NCBI GenBank assembly: GCA_964016885.1
Contig: OZ024743.1
Span: 320,292,001-320,356,000, forward strand
Source of the DNA: Eledone cirrhosa
Lineage: Eukaryota
Reading direction: 5' to 3'
Length of the DNA stretch: 64,000 nt
A program made the position numbers and the translations under genes. Positions within the stretch are counted from its first letter, which is position 1, and every line of letters starts with the position of its first letter. This document shows, piece after piece, positions 12,780 through 30,472 of the stretch. The notes under the pieces were generated by a model that was not told the DNA's origin, made no database searches, and was given only the letters and a program-made list of their open reading frames with translations.

Positions 12780-14312
12780 TGTAGGATTTACGGTTACAAA
12801 GTCCAAATAAATCGGTTCTTCGATTTATTATTGTGTTGAAATTCGAGATAATGGTAAATTTTTCAACTAGACATAAATTACAAACACTAGATATGGAAGC
12901 ATTGGAGTATGAAGATGCGTTGTAGATTTTACGCCAAGAAATTTTGTAATTTATGTTTTTGTCTTTTAAGGATCAAATAAGTTCTGAGAATGCGGTGCTG
13001 GTCCTTTTAAGTGGAGATTTAAATGTAGAAGAATGATTATAGAATCTTGCTTTAAAGGAGGTAGACGTAGAGCCAATATAGGTATAGGTGTTGGCACTAG
13101 TTACCATTTTACTAGGTTTTTATCGAGACAGAAATTACTAAGTGGACAATTAGTTCTAATAGGGCATTTGCATTTACGATTAATATTATTTACAGAGTCA
13201 TTTGAAAGTTGCCCAGGATTAATTATATTAGGAACTGGAGTGGTGGAATTAACTAAAGGAGGTGCTAAAGTTTCCAGATTTACATTACTATTTGATGCAT
13301 TCCTCAAAATTACGTTTGGCGTCGTATTTATACTTGTGTTATTTTGCCTAGATTTTACATTGACGTCGGCCCTTATAGTGTTATTATTATGACTCTCATG
13401 GTTGGATGCATATGAGTATTATTTAATATTTTAGAATTATGTCTTGAGATAATTTTGGAAATGTTCGAAGTAGTAGAACACAAGAATTTAATAGTATGCC
13501 TATTGAAAATCTTGCTATATATGTGTTAAGTAGGGAAGCTGTTATGTAAAGCCCTCAAAAATAATTTAGGGATATTATTAATAACGGAAAGACAGAAGGG
13601 AGCGTTGTACCAAATGATACTTTTATATCTAGGTCTCCTCCTTTTGTTAGCAGTGTGATTATTACTAGCTGCATTACTAGAGTTATTATAAGCTCTGCCA
13701 AGGTTAAGATGTTTAGTATACCTAATTTTATCTAGATATCCAGCCCTAGATAGGACATTATTATAATAGTTGGCATTGACTTTGAAGATATCTTTATTAG
13801 AGGGTAAACTAGAAATTCTTTTTTCTACACTTTTGACTATAGCAGTTTTAACATTAATAGGGTGGTTAGATTTAAAGTTAACGTAATTTAAGTTCTCATT
13901 ATCCTTATGATATGGGTAATATAGGCCGGTATCTAAATTAAGGGATATATCAAGTGAATTTGGTAGTTTAACATTATTCTCGAATTCAATTTTTAAGTTA
14001 AGATGCTTAAATACATCAAGTATATTTTTATTAATTATATTAAAGTTTACATTGTTACAATTAGAGACAGTAAAAAGAGCATCATCACGATTAATCCCAC
14101 CACGAAGTTGAGGAATTTTCCGGTTTAAAGAATTCAAGATGAAAATTCCAACTAAGTCGGTCAGTTGAGCTGAATCCGTCGAACCCATGGTGATGTCGAA
14201 ATTGTTGGAAGTATCCGCTCTTGTCCAGTATTCATTGTTAAATTCCAAGATGGTTTTCCTAGCGGTGAGAATGATGTTTATTTGTTCACTAGTGATGTCC
14301 GCATATTTTAAC
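12780..14312 (-). pseudogene. Penelope-like element, 5'-truncated RT + GIY-YIG, with stops
   Basis: FDITMGSTDSAQLTDLVG, GGINRDDAL, IIWYNAPF, CKCPIRTNCPLSNFC, YIGST; 5' end abuts (TA)n. Confidence 0.88.
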
Positions 14313-14366
14313 GCATATATATATATATATACATACACACACACACACACACACAGACACACACAT

Positions 14367-14452
<86 letters not shown>

Positions 14453-14825
14453 ATATACCTATACAGACATACAAACCAACACGCATATATGTATATATAT
14501 ATGAAATAAATATACATACACACACATATATATATATATGCATACATATATATATACATATATACACGCACATACATATATATATATATATACACATACA
14601 TACATACATGTACAAACACATCCACATACATACACATACAAAAAAATGTAAATAATATAGATAGATGAATATCAAAGGTACATAACCCACGTACATGCGT
14701 ACACATACGCGCGCGCACACACGCACGCAATAAAAATCAACACACGCATACATATAAACATTTACGTAAATCCATACACACATATATACACATATATACA
14801 AAAACATATATACATACACATACAA

Positions 14826-14866
<41 letters not shown>

Positions 14867-14899
14867 CATATGTATATATATATATATGTATATATATAC

Positions 14900-14939
<40 letters not shown>

Positions 14940-14940
14940 G

Positions 14941-16850
<1,910 letters not shown>

Positions 16851-17815
16851 CTTATGAAAGATTTCTTTATGGTTTATGCTTTGGATATATTCCAATGAAT
16901 GAATTTTTAAATGTTAACACGTTATAGCAAACAAATTTATGTTTTTAACAGTCATAACTGTATGACAGGTTGGAGTTATGAATTTATAACTTGCTATAAA
17001 ATAACATGAAATTCATACTCTAATTACAACATTAAGATGGATAATCAAAATTTTTAACAACTTAACTTTATAACATTTAACTTTATAACATTTAATCCTT
17101 AGAGCTATCTAAATTATTAATAAATTGCTAGCAATTTCCTTTACGCTCTACTGCTATTACAAATAAGGGATTATTCTTCGGTAAACTCTCGGAAATTCCA
17201 TGAGCTTAGAAATATTCGGATATTTTAAACTTACACATTTTTTAAAATAATTAATTAATAATAAATAATAAAATGATATATGGTTTTGTAATAATAACAT
17301 ATTTTAAATAATATATATTCTTTAACAATAATATATAGGTTTCAACTTTAATAATATAACATACACATTTAAACATTTAAACTACGGATTGAATTGAACA
17401 TTTAATCAAATTTATTAATTAAACATTAGATAAATTCTTCAACTTATCTTTATTATTGTTTATCCATCTTTATTAGTATCTGTTATTGTTTATTATTATT
17501 GTTTATCCATCTTACGGTATTCATCCACGCTTTATTTATTTCTTCGCCTCTTCTCTCAAAATTAGGCTATTCTCTCTCACTAAAATATACACAGGTTTCT
17601 CTCTTTCTTGCTTTCGTTTTTTTTCTCTTTCTTTTCTCTTTTTTCCATATTCAAACGGCTTAATTTAAATATACTGTTTTTAAACCTTTCCAACACTAAT
17701 TTGCATAATAAACCAACAATAAATCTAATAACTCCACTATCCAGGAGGTTCCAACCAGAATGGTTGCATTTTTTAAGGGTACGTCAATATTTATTTATAA
17801 AACTAACCTACATTA

Positions 17816-17881
17816 TATTTTATCTGATGAAAGCGCACCATAGTTTGCTCTAGTGGCCATTGAAATAGGTATAATGAAATA
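17816..17881 (+). ncRNA. Type I hammerhead-like motif (weak stem II); mirror at 58759-58824
   Basis: tattttat-CTGATGA..GAAA-taggta-TA-atgaaata; 8-bp stem I. Confidence 0.55.
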
Positions 17882-17891
17882 AATATGGTTT

Positions 17892-19477
<1,586 letters not shown>

Positions 19478-19928
19478 TATTGATATTTATATATATGTGT
19501 GTATGTGTATATACACATGCATGTATGTATAGAGCTTTTTGTTTATGTGTTTTTGTGTTTGTATATATGTATGTTTATATGTGTGTGTACACCGCCTTTT
19601 TATATGTGTGCGTGTGTATTTGTGTGTATATTTTTGAGTATATATATATCTGTGTATATGTTTGTGTATGTATTTATAATCCTATTCGTATTTCTATGTA
19701 GACGCAGATACGCTTATGTGAGAAAGGAAAGTATACGTCTACGTACTATTACGTATATGCGCGTAGTTGAGTGTGTGTATGTTTTTGTTCTGGATAGTTA
19801 TTTTTTTATATATATTTTTTATATTTTTTCCCTTATTTCCTTTTTGTCCATTTTTTTTTCAGCCTCACTTTCGTATTTCCTAAATTTTGTTTTCAAATCC
19901 ATATTTAATAAAAACACCATGTTATTTA

Positions 19929-19989
19929 TTCATTCTGACGACTGAAGACAGCCGCAACATCTGCCTTCAAGAAACTAGTGGCAAATGAA
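19929..19989 (+). ncRNA. Hammerhead 'ctgacgactgaa' family with degenerate cleavage site; mirror 51669-51729
   Basis: ttcatt-CTGACGA-ctgaag..ttcaa-GAAA-ctagtggca-aatgaa. Confidence 0.45.
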
Positions 19990-20092
19990 ATAATTATTTA
20001 TGTTTTTTATTAGATAACTAATAAGCTCTGTAGCCTACATAGAGCACTCTTGTTTCCTCTACCTTTCCGACGGAAATACTTCATATATATAT

Positions 20093-20297
<205 letters not shown>

Positions 20298-20774
20298 TAC
20301 ATACATATATATATATATATTAATATAAGCAGAACAAGCAAAATTCAACCAATTTTTTAAAATAAATTAAAAAATATAATGAATAGGTAAATATTTAAAT
20401 TATATTTTTTAATTTATTTTAAAAAATTGGTTGAATTTTGCTTGTTCTGCTTATATTAATATTATAGTTCTGGTATGTCAAATTGATACCATAGAACAAC
20501 CTTAAATCATAGACAACCTATGTATTTCCAGGGGTACTTAGTACCCACGGGCTTACTAACTTCTTCTATCACCCTCCATTTGTTGAGAACAATCACGTTG
20601 ATTCTATTTAGCTGCTATTTTTAGTAACGAGATAGACAACACGTCTATGTTTTTCCCGCTTTAACCTCGGGTAGTTCACGTACAGGTCATTTTTCGGCCT
20701 TTTGGATCTGTGCTAGCTGGCAGATAACAATATATTTTATCGTTCCTGGGTCTTTAGCCCTAGGAAAGGAAAAT

Positions 20775-20856
20775 GCTTCTCTGATGAGCCTTGATTTTCC
20801 ATTAGAAATCCATTGGGTCTCTGGTGTTTTACAAGGCGAAACCGATCGGTAAGAGC
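20775..20856 (+). ncRNA. Type I hammerhead ribozyme, unit 1
   Basis: gcttct-CTGATGA-gccttg..caaggc-GAAA-ccgatcgg-TA-agagc; predicted GUA cleavage after 20851. Confidence 0.9.
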
Positions 20857-21254
20857 CATATGAATAGGTAAATATTTAAATTATATTTTTTAATTTATTT
20901 TAAAAAATTGGTTGAATTTTGCTTGTTCTGCTTATATTAATATTATAGTTCTGGTATGTCAAATTGATACCATAGAACAACCTTAAATCATAGACAACCT
21001 ATGTATTTCCAGGGGTACTTAGTACCCACGGGCTTACTAACTTCTTCTATCACCCTCCATTTGTTGAGAACAATCACGTTGATTCTATTTAGCTGCTATT
21101 TTTAGTAACGAGATAGACAACACGTCTATGTTTTTCCCGCTTTAACCTCGGGTAGTTCACGTACAGGTCATTTTTCGGCCTTTTGGATCTGTGCTAGCTG
21201 GCAGATACAATATATTTTATCGTTCCTGGGTCTTTAGCCCTAGGAAAGGAAAAT

Positions 21255-21336
21255 GCTTCTCTGATGAGCCTTGATTTTCCATTAGAAATCCATTGGGTCT
21301 CTGGTGTTTTACAAGGCGAAACCGATCGGTAAGAGC
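21255..21336 (+). ncRNA. Type I hammerhead ribozyme, unit 2
   Basis: Same sequence as 20775-20856. Confidence 0.9.
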
Positions 21337-21735
21337 CATATGAATAGGTAAATATTTAAATTATATTTTTTAATTTATTTTAAAAAATTGGTTGAATTTT
21401 GCTTGTTCTGCTTATATTAATATTATAGTTCTGGTATGTCAAATTGATACCATAGAACAACCTTAAATCATAGACAACCTATGTATTTCCAGGGGTACTT
21501 AGTACCCACGGGCTTACTAACTTCTTCTATCACCCTCCATTTGTTGAGAACAATCACGTTGATTCTATTTAGCTGCTATTTTTAGTAACGAGATAGACAA
21601 CACGTCTATGTTTTTCCCGCTTTAACCTCGGGTAGTTCACGTACAGGTCATTTTTCGGCCTTTTGGATCTGTGCTAACTGGCAGATAACAATATATTTTA
21701 TCGTTCCTGGGTCTTTAGCCCTAGGAAAGGAAAAT

Positions 21736-21817
21736 GCTTCTCTGATGAGCCTTGATTTTCCATTAGAAATCCATTGGGTCTCTGGTGTTTTACAAGGCGA
21801 AACCGATCGGTAAGAGC
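21736..21817 (+). ncRNA. Type I hammerhead ribozyme, unit 3
   Basis: Same sequence as 20775-20856. Confidence 0.9.
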
Positions 21818-22008
21818 CATATGAATAGGTAAATATTTAAATTATATTTTTTAATTTATTTTAAAAAATTGGTTGAATTTTGCTTGTTCTGCTTATATTA
21901 ATATTATAGTTCTGGTATGTCAAATTGATACCATAGAACAACCTTAAATCATAGACAACCTATGTATTTCCAGGGGTACTTAGTACCCACGGGCTTACTA
22001 ACTTCTTC

Positions 22009-22064
<56 letters not shown>

Positions 22065-22095
22065 GTTTCAGATGTTCAAGTCCTTTAGTAATGAT

Positions 22096-22169
22096 GCTGT
22101 GATATATATTTCAATGGCGACAGTGGCCACACTGTTGCATGCGCCAGTGCCGTGACATCGTCAGACAGC
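22096..22169 (-). ncRNA. Type I hammerhead; mirror 51382-51455
   Basis: Reverse complement gctgt-CTGACGA-(long stem II)-GAAA-tatata-TC-acagc. Confidence 0.7.
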
Positions 22170-23159
22170 TTGTTACATAATAAGGTTATGTTTTCGAGGC
22201 AATCCAAATTGAATCGACATGGGAACGGACGAAGTGTGTGCTCTTGGGTTCTTCATCCGTTTCCTTGTGACTACCATTTCACCCCCACCGGTCTGCGCAG
22301 GCGCAGGTCCGAAGGAGGTTGACCATTAGCTACCGCAGAGTTCATCGAAATTCGCTTAGGCAGTTCCCCCTCTCAACCAAACTATGACCTATTCAGGCCA
22401 GTAATATATAGCTTACTGCTATACCCCGTCAGTGGCAGTCAACCGAAAGCTAGTGGGGGTGGGAGAGTATGAGTATCAATAGTTCTCAATACTACCCCAC
22501 ATTAAGCATGGGCAGTATAATTGACCATCAACCTCTAAGAGAAAATATACTTAATTCTAGGTATTATTGTTTCACAGTGGAAATTATGAATGAGAGTTGG
22601 AAATTAAAACTAAAAATTAAATTTCGAAAATCAGATATTAAAACTTAAAATTTAAAAATTAAAACAATTCACAAGTGAGAATCTAGATTGAAGTGAGTAA
22701 AAATATAGATTTAAGTGAGTAAAAACATATGTGCACCTATACTATCTACTACGTATGAAGATGTTTAAGTAAGATGTGTTGAAAGGGGTATTAATGTTAC
22801 AGATATATTATCTACATACTGAACGATAGTACCGTACAGTAGAAGGGAGTGCAAATTACAGTATGAAACGTAGTAGTTAGGCGGGTACATAGTTAGAATT
22901 TCCATCACATGGAACAAAACCCCCCCCAAAACACAGATATAAAATACACAAAAAAAACACAAAAAATATCCAATAAATACAAAAAATATATACAGTACAT
23001 ATATGCAACATGAGATAGGAGATACATGATTAATATGATTGTCAATTTGTCCATATATGGATTGAATTGATTGAATCTTATTCGATATTTACTCCGTTAC
23101 TCCTATGTGGAATAAGTAAGTTGAGTGCTTGAATTGAATTGCATCAATGTTTACCTTAA

Positions 23160-23338
<179 letters not shown>

Positions 23339-23378
23339 AATAACAGATTAAACTTTAATCTGTTATTTTAATAAATAA

Positions 23379-23414
<36 letters not shown>

Positions 23415-24049
23415 TAAAATAACAGATTAAAGTTTAAGCAAAGAATCGCTGCTTTCACCCTTAACGGGATCTTCTGAAACTAAAAAAAAAAACAATCTGT
23501 GAACGCAGAAGTAAATATTTCGAAAAACGTTGCAACTGAAGGAACACAGGAAGATGATACTTTGGTTCGTGGAAACGTTTCCTGACAAAGAACTGAAAAA
23601 AACGAAGATAATACGTCATTATTTGGACCGGTGAAAACAATTACACGCAAAGACAAAACCATGTTTATGGTATAACTGAAGTCGTAGACTAAAATTTTAT
23701 TTAGGAAACCGAATGATTCTCGGCTTCAGAGTTAAGAATAAGGTAAATAAATTACAGAAGTAATTGAAATCAACGCACGTCAACCTAAACACAAGTATAC
23801 ATATACACACACTCTACATACGTACGAACCCGCATACTCACACAGACGCAAAACTCACGTATACACATAACCATATGCACATGTCCCAGTATATATAATA
23901 TATACGCCTATATATAATCTAGTGTCTGTGTGTAATACATCTCATACAACACCTGTGCTTCATATATTAGTTGGGTTTACATATATTGATATATAGCTCT
24001 GATTATTTAATTTATTAACTCTTCATTGAGCCACAAAGTGACCCGTTGC

Positions 24050-24146
<97 letters not shown>

Positions 24147-24170
24147 GTGTGTGTGAGTGCGTGTAAACCT

Positions 24171-24203
<33 letters not shown>

Positions 24204-24643
24204 ATAAGTAAATACAAAGAAGTTTAGATGTTAAAGTCCTTTGTTGATGAACCTAGTTTTAAGTAAATAAGGAATATAGCCTAAAGTGTGGAGCGTGAAA
24301 ATTTAAACATAATAAGTTAATATCGTCTTCAATGCGATATGCAGGAAAAACAAGGGGTTCTTTGTTGCTTTTAGTTCTACTTATTTATCCAGTCGAAAGT
24401 TTGTTCAACATTTTAAATTCGTCCAGTGGTAGGGATTCAATTAATTCCATAGGAGGGAACTTCGTACGATAGTTTGCTATGGTTTGCGATAGTAGTCAGC
24501 TACATATCCAATATTTACACATGCGCAGACCTGCGGGCGTGAATTGAACCTCACTGGGGAACGGGAATTCGCTTCATGAAAAATCGTGTTTTTCCGTTTC
24601 CTTGTCACTTCAATTTTGGATTACCTCCTGATTATATAAGAAA

Positions 24644-24718
24644 CTGTCTGATGAGATCATGACACTGGGTACATGCAGAATCGCGTGGCCACTGTCGTCA
24701 TCGAAATATGTATCACGG
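24644..24718 (+). ncRNA. Type I hammerhead, diverged relative of 22096; mirror ~48646-48720
   Basis: ctgt-CTGATGA-gatcatgaca..tgtcgtcatc-GAAA-tatgta-TC-acgg. Confidence 0.7.
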
Positions 24719-24910
24719 CCTTATCAATAAAGGACTTTAACATCTAAATTACTTTGTATTTCCTTATTCTAAAAATACTCCGTCATTCCTATGTGGAAAA
24801 TGCCCGTTGAGTTCTCGAATTGAATTACATCAATGTTTTACAGTCTCTCTATATATATATAAATGAAATAATAGGAGGCTGGACTGGTGTAAATCCTTGA
24901 AAGCTTTATT

Positions 24911-24968
24911 ATACTATGATCATTTCAATGACCGGGTTCCATATGAATCCGGTGATATCATCAGGTAT
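24911..24968 (-). ncRNA. Type I hammerhead; mirror 48396-48453
   Basis: Reverse complement atac-CTGATGA-tatcaccgg..ccggtcatt-GAAA-tgatca-TA-gtat; palindromic stem III. Confidence 0.75.
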
Positions 24969-25855
24969 TGGAATATAACAAAGGAATATGTAAAAAGCCA
25001 TGGGTCCGAAAAACCATGGGTCCGAGAAACCAGAGACAGAGAGGGCGGCTGACCTACTAGCTTCACAGCCAGCCGCCCTCAAAGTGTTGGCAACCGAAAA
25101 CTACCAATGAATATCTGGTAAGGGGGCGCAGGCCTATCATATACTACCACCACTCCGTCAAAGAAGAAGAGGAAGAAAGAAAGAAAGAAAGAAAGGGAGA
25201 AATAAGTGTAGTGTAAGGGTCAAACTACATTCATGTTAGAAAATGCCGCGAAAAAAATGCTACCCAAAGAATCTATAGTGGGTGTCTAATGTGTGAACCG
25301 AAGATCGGAACGCTAAACTTATGTTGCGAGTTATAGGTTGAAATAAATTAAATTTAAAATATTATATTGCAAAGTGGTAATTTGAAAAATAGAGGTAGCG
25401 AGATTTATTTAACGAACTTACGGAGAGAGTCTTATATGAACATTTTTTTATTTAACTCGATAAGATATTAGGATGGGATATAGAGTAAAGATTTCGATTG
25501 GTAGTCCCAGCCAGCACACCCACCACCGTAAGTCAGCCAGTCTCAGGTGGTATCGTCCAGCGAAAGAAATGGAAATTAATTTTTCCGAGTACTCTAGGAA
25601 CGTAACTAACTTTGGCTCCGGGATCGCTAGCGGGAACCCCACAATTTCGACAGGCCATCGTCTATACAACGAATACTATTAAATCACACATTAGGGGTTT
25701 ATTTACGTGTCAATAGAGGCATGATAAAGCTAATAGTTGTGCCCAAACCTGGAGTTTGTAGGTACAGGTATAATTAGGCGGCCAAAACAGGTGGCGCGGT
25801 GGGACTGGGGCAGAGCAAGCCACTCCGAGTAATTTAATTTACAGAAAGAGGAGAA

Positions 25856-25942
<87 letters not shown>

Positions 25943-26068
25943 TTGAAATTAAATGAAAACGAAATTTCATTTCTCACTCTTAGTACGGCACTTACTTAAA
26001 TGTAAGTATGTGTGTATACGTACATACATATATGTATACAGACGTACAGTAGCATGCATACATACATG

Positions 26069-26116
<48 letters not shown>

Positions 26117-26282
26117 CACACACATACATACAGGTACACATACATATATGCACGTATCAATTTAGCGGACGCTTATTATAACGCCGCTTTGTTCGTTTGT
26201 AAACAAACTGAACAGCCTGAATTTTTATGCCGTACGGTGTTAAGGCAACCACGTCACCTTTTTGTTCAACACTGACACAGGA

Positions 26283-26325
26283 ACGATGTACTAGTTTCAA
26301 GCTTGTTAGCTATCATCAGCACCGT
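26283..26325 (-). ncRNA. Minimal hammerhead; mirror 46897-46939, decayed relative ~38376-38416
   Basis: Reverse complement acggtg-CTGATGA-tagct(aaca)agctt-GAAA-ctag-TA-catcgt; lies in a ~500-bp partial tandem (25940-26880) that ends in a fold-back. Confidence 0.75.
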
Positions 26326-26563
26326 ATACCCATCTGCCAAATAGTTGAACGTTCGAAAGTATATACTTTCCTTATGAAAATTAACGGCTGAGCAGCCTAA
26401 TTTGCATATCGAGTGAGCTAAGTCGGTCAGGCATACCGAAAACGATAAGTTGAAATAAGATGAAAACGAAATCTCATGTCTCACTCTTAGTACGGCACTT
26501 ACTGACATGTAAGTATGTGTGTATACGTACATACATATATGTATACAGACGTACAGTAGCATG

Positions 26564-26619
<56 letters not shown>

Positions 26620-26876
26620 CATACACACACATACATACAGGTACACATACATATATGCACGTATCAGTTTAGCGGACGCTTATTATAACGCCGCTTAGTT
26701 CGTTTGTAAACAAACTGAACAGCCTGAATTTTTATGCATATCGAGTGAGCTAAGTCAGTCAGGCATAAAAATTCAGGCTGTTCAGTTTGTTTACAAACGA
26801 ACAAAGCGGCGTTATAATAAGCGTCCGCTAAACTGATACGTGCATATATGTATGTGTACCTGTATGTATGTGTGTG

Positions 26877-26961
<85 letters not shown>

Positions 26962-26968
<7 letters not shown>

Positions 26969-27893
26969 TTAGAAACACACAGATACATGCGGACACACAC
27001 ATATATACATGAATGCATCCGCACCCAACTGTGAGTTAAGGGTGCCAATTTCACCGATGTGTGACTATCTCCCCCTCCGCCTTTTGGGATTATTTCTCAC
27101 GTCGTGTAGACGCGTTCTTGAGACTAGTAAAATGAGGTATCCTCTTGATAAGTCGGCAGACCTCGCAAGGACTCTATGTCTTTATGATATATTGTTTTTG
27201 TTTATGCCACGAAACTATGTAGTCGAGGAATCTAGAAGCAGTTTAGGTATGATACATTTTATTACTAATTATATCTAAATGTTTCTTCTCTCTTCATAAT
27301 GTATTTTTAACTCTGATACTGGTTCAGTCTAGTTCAACTGGATTGGTCTGTCCCAGTCATTCATTGAGCAACATCGGTGAAGTTGGCACCCTTAACTCAC
27401 AGTTGGGTGCGGATGCATTCATGTATATATGTGTGTGTCCGCATGTATCTGTGTGTTTCTAAATATATTGTTAATAACTCCCTCTGGTCGAGCAATCTTT
27501 GAAGTGTGGGGACAGCTGGAAAGTTTCCACTACTCATACTTCTCGCCTCCTTCACCACCTCTTCTACGGCCTCGATATAAATACCCCCTCCGCCTCCGTG
27601 GTATTTTCTTAGGGGTTATAAGAGGCTTAGCTCTGTTTCTCGACCGTTATATCGCGTGACTATCTCCCCCTCCGCCTTTTGGGATTCTTTCTCACGTCGT
27701 GTAGACGCGTTCTTGAGACTAGTAAAATGAGGTATCCTCTTGATAAGTCGGCAGACCTCGCAAGGACTCTATGTCTTTATGATATATTGTTTTTGTTTAT
27801 GCCACGAAACTATGTAGTCGAGGAATCTAGAAGCAGTTTAGGTATGATACATTTTATTACTAATTATATCTAAATGTTTCTTCTCTCTTCATA

Positions 27894-27898
<5 letters not shown>
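26962..27898 (+). mobile_element. Retrozyme/pLTR-like partial tandem (595-bp unit) with a ~98-bp 5' inversion
   Basis: 27060-27303 repeated at 27655-27898; 26962-27059 is an inverted copy of ~27371-27469; flanked by (TA)n; absent from the right arm. Confidence 0.8.
27140..27229 (+). ncRNA. U3-A8 variant hammerhead (second copy 27735-27824)
   Basis: tcctc-TTGATAA-gtcggca..tgccac-GAAA-ctatgtag-TC-gagga. Confidence 0.7.
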
Positions 27899-27934
<36 letters not shown>

Positions 27935-28002
27935 TATATATGTATGTATGCATGCTACTGTACGTCTGTATACATATATGTATGTACGTATACACACATA
28001 CT

Positions 28003-28077
<75 letters not shown>

Positions 28078-29081
28078 TTATTTATTAAAATAACAGATTA
28101 AAGTTTAAGCATAGAATCGCTGCTTTCACCCTTAACGGGATCTTCTGAAACTAACAAAGTCAATCTGTAAACGCAGAACTGGATATTTCAAAAAACGTTG
28201 CAGCCGGAGGAAGACAGGAAGACGATACTTTGGTTCGTGGTACCGTTCGCTGGCAAAGAACGGGAAAAAACGAATAATACGTCATTAATAGGAGCGGTGA
28301 AAAACAATTACGTGCAAAGACAAAACCACGTTTATGGTATAAAAGAGGTCGTAGACTAATGTTCACTTAGGTTTGTGCATATAGACGTTCTCTGGCAATG
28401 AACGAAAAAACGAAGATAATAAGTCATATGTGGAGCGTGGAGAACAAAAGCACGCAAGGACAAAACCACGTAAATCGTATAGCAGAAGTCGTAGACTAAA
28501 ATTATAACTAGGAGACCAAATGAATCTCCGCTACAGAGTTAAGAACAAAGTAAATAAATACGATACAGAAGTAATAGAAACAAATAAATACATACACGCA
28601 AACAGATACGTACATACACAAGCATACGCAAAACCTTACCATAGGTATACAAAACCACGCACATATAAATATGTGTGTGTGTGTATGCTTGTGTACAAAT
28701 AAATAAATAATTATATAAACGTATATAAGTAAATAAATACGTATATAACAAGCGCACACACATACCTACATATAAATACACGAATGTTCGGAGACGTAAG
28801 TCAACTAAAACAAGAAGTACACATATACACACACCCACCATACGTACGAACCTGCATACTCACTCGGACGCAAAACTCCCGTATACCCATAGCCAAACCC
28901 TAAATACCAGAATATGTAAAAATGATACGACATAACAGTCAAATATACGTACGAGAAGGTATACATACCTTCACAAAACATATGGGTAATATAGACTTAC
29001 CTATGCAAATAAGTAAAGGAATTAACAAAACATATACTTAGCTCCCACATCAAGACGTAAAATATCCACGTATAGATCGTG

Positions 29082-29830
29082 CTATCCGTTAGGGTATAAC
29101 GTGGGGCTGTAATACAGGAAAGTTTTGTGCAATTTATGTTTACAAGCCGAAATTGCCTCAGATTTTTTGTTTAAGATGTGGTCTGTGGCGTAGAGTATTT
29201 CCAGGGCCTCAGCGGCGCAGAGGTCACATGGTCTTTTATTTCCGTTATACGATCTAGCCCTAGCTAGGATCTCCCAGTGTAACTTATATTGGGTGTGGTT
29301 GTCTTTTAGACTCCAGATATAAGCTGAAAGTGACGTTATATTCCTTCTTAGAGGGTAACGAAAAGAATGGGTATACATGTAAAGACGCTGTTTGAAACTA
29401 TTGGCGGTTAACCCTATGTAGGCCCTACGGGACGTGGGTGTTACAACCTTACATTTGTAGACAATGTTACTAGAGAGGCATTTCCCGGATAGGGGGCAAT
29501 CAGCCCGATTCCTACAATTACAGTTAGTACTAACTACAGGGTTGCACCTGTTCCTACGGCTAGGTAGTTTAGCTAAATTTGAAGCTGTGATGTTATGTGC
29601 AAGGTTAGGAGTCGTAGAGTAAGAAATTTTAATAGTATTTCTATTAAAAATTTTACTATATTTATGTGTAGGGGGAAAATGCTTCGTAATAAGGGAAAGA
29701 AAGATCTTAGCTAATGGTGTGGCCACCTCCATATTATATGGTGGGTTAAACCAACAAATGCGACGGGATCTATTTCTTCTAGGTCTATTTACATACTCTG
29801 TATATGCTTCTTCAATTTTATTATTATTAC
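29082..29830 (-). pseudogene. Penelope-like 3' fragment, GIY-YIG domain still open
   Basis: ICWFNPPY, KHFPPTHKYSKIFNRN, CNCRNRADCPLSGKC, IVYKC..YIGLT, CDLC; 5' end at (TA)n. Confidence 0.9.
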
Positions 29831-29927
<97 letters not shown>

Positions 29928-30284
29928 CGTTTAAATAGCTTGACAAATCGAACATTGTGGTAGGCAAAATCTAACGATAGAACTAACAGGTTGAGAAAAG
30001 TACACCTGGTCAAATCAAACGATTATACGTTCAAAGTGTTTCTTTGAAATCCAAAATCAAATATCAGACTTACGTGACTGGCAAGCTCGTGGTATTCATG
30101 ATCGAACAGAGGATTCAGTTTTTCAGCAGGTTTTCGTTCTACCCAGAACAGGGGTGATAGGCTAAATGTTGCTGCTAGATGCAGCGTATCGTATCTATAT
30201 CTGTCACGTGTTAATTCCAGTAAGGGAAATAACCCGCGGTTTTTGGCGGGTCATTACAAATGTTAGACAAAGGAAATATTTTAA

Positions 30285-30379
<95 letters not shown>

Positions 30380-30440
30380 GGAGAGAGAGGGGGCGAGAGA
30401 GAGTGAGATAGAAAGAGATAGATAGATAGAGGATAGTGAG

Positions 30441-30472
<32 letters not shown>

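Larger units (their letters stand above)
20316..22011 (+). mobile_element. Retrozyme-like tandem array, about 3.4 x 480/481-bp units, with a 5' fold-back
   Basis: Unit landmark gaataggtaaat at 20381, 20862, 21342, 21823; near-identical units; no ORF; flanked by (TA)n; absent from the right arm. Confidence 0.9.

Noticed and set aside
20381-22011. CRISPR array or plain satellite
   Set aside because: Long identical units with no unique spacers and no cas genes; eukaryotic context; a hammerhead per unit favours a retrozyme
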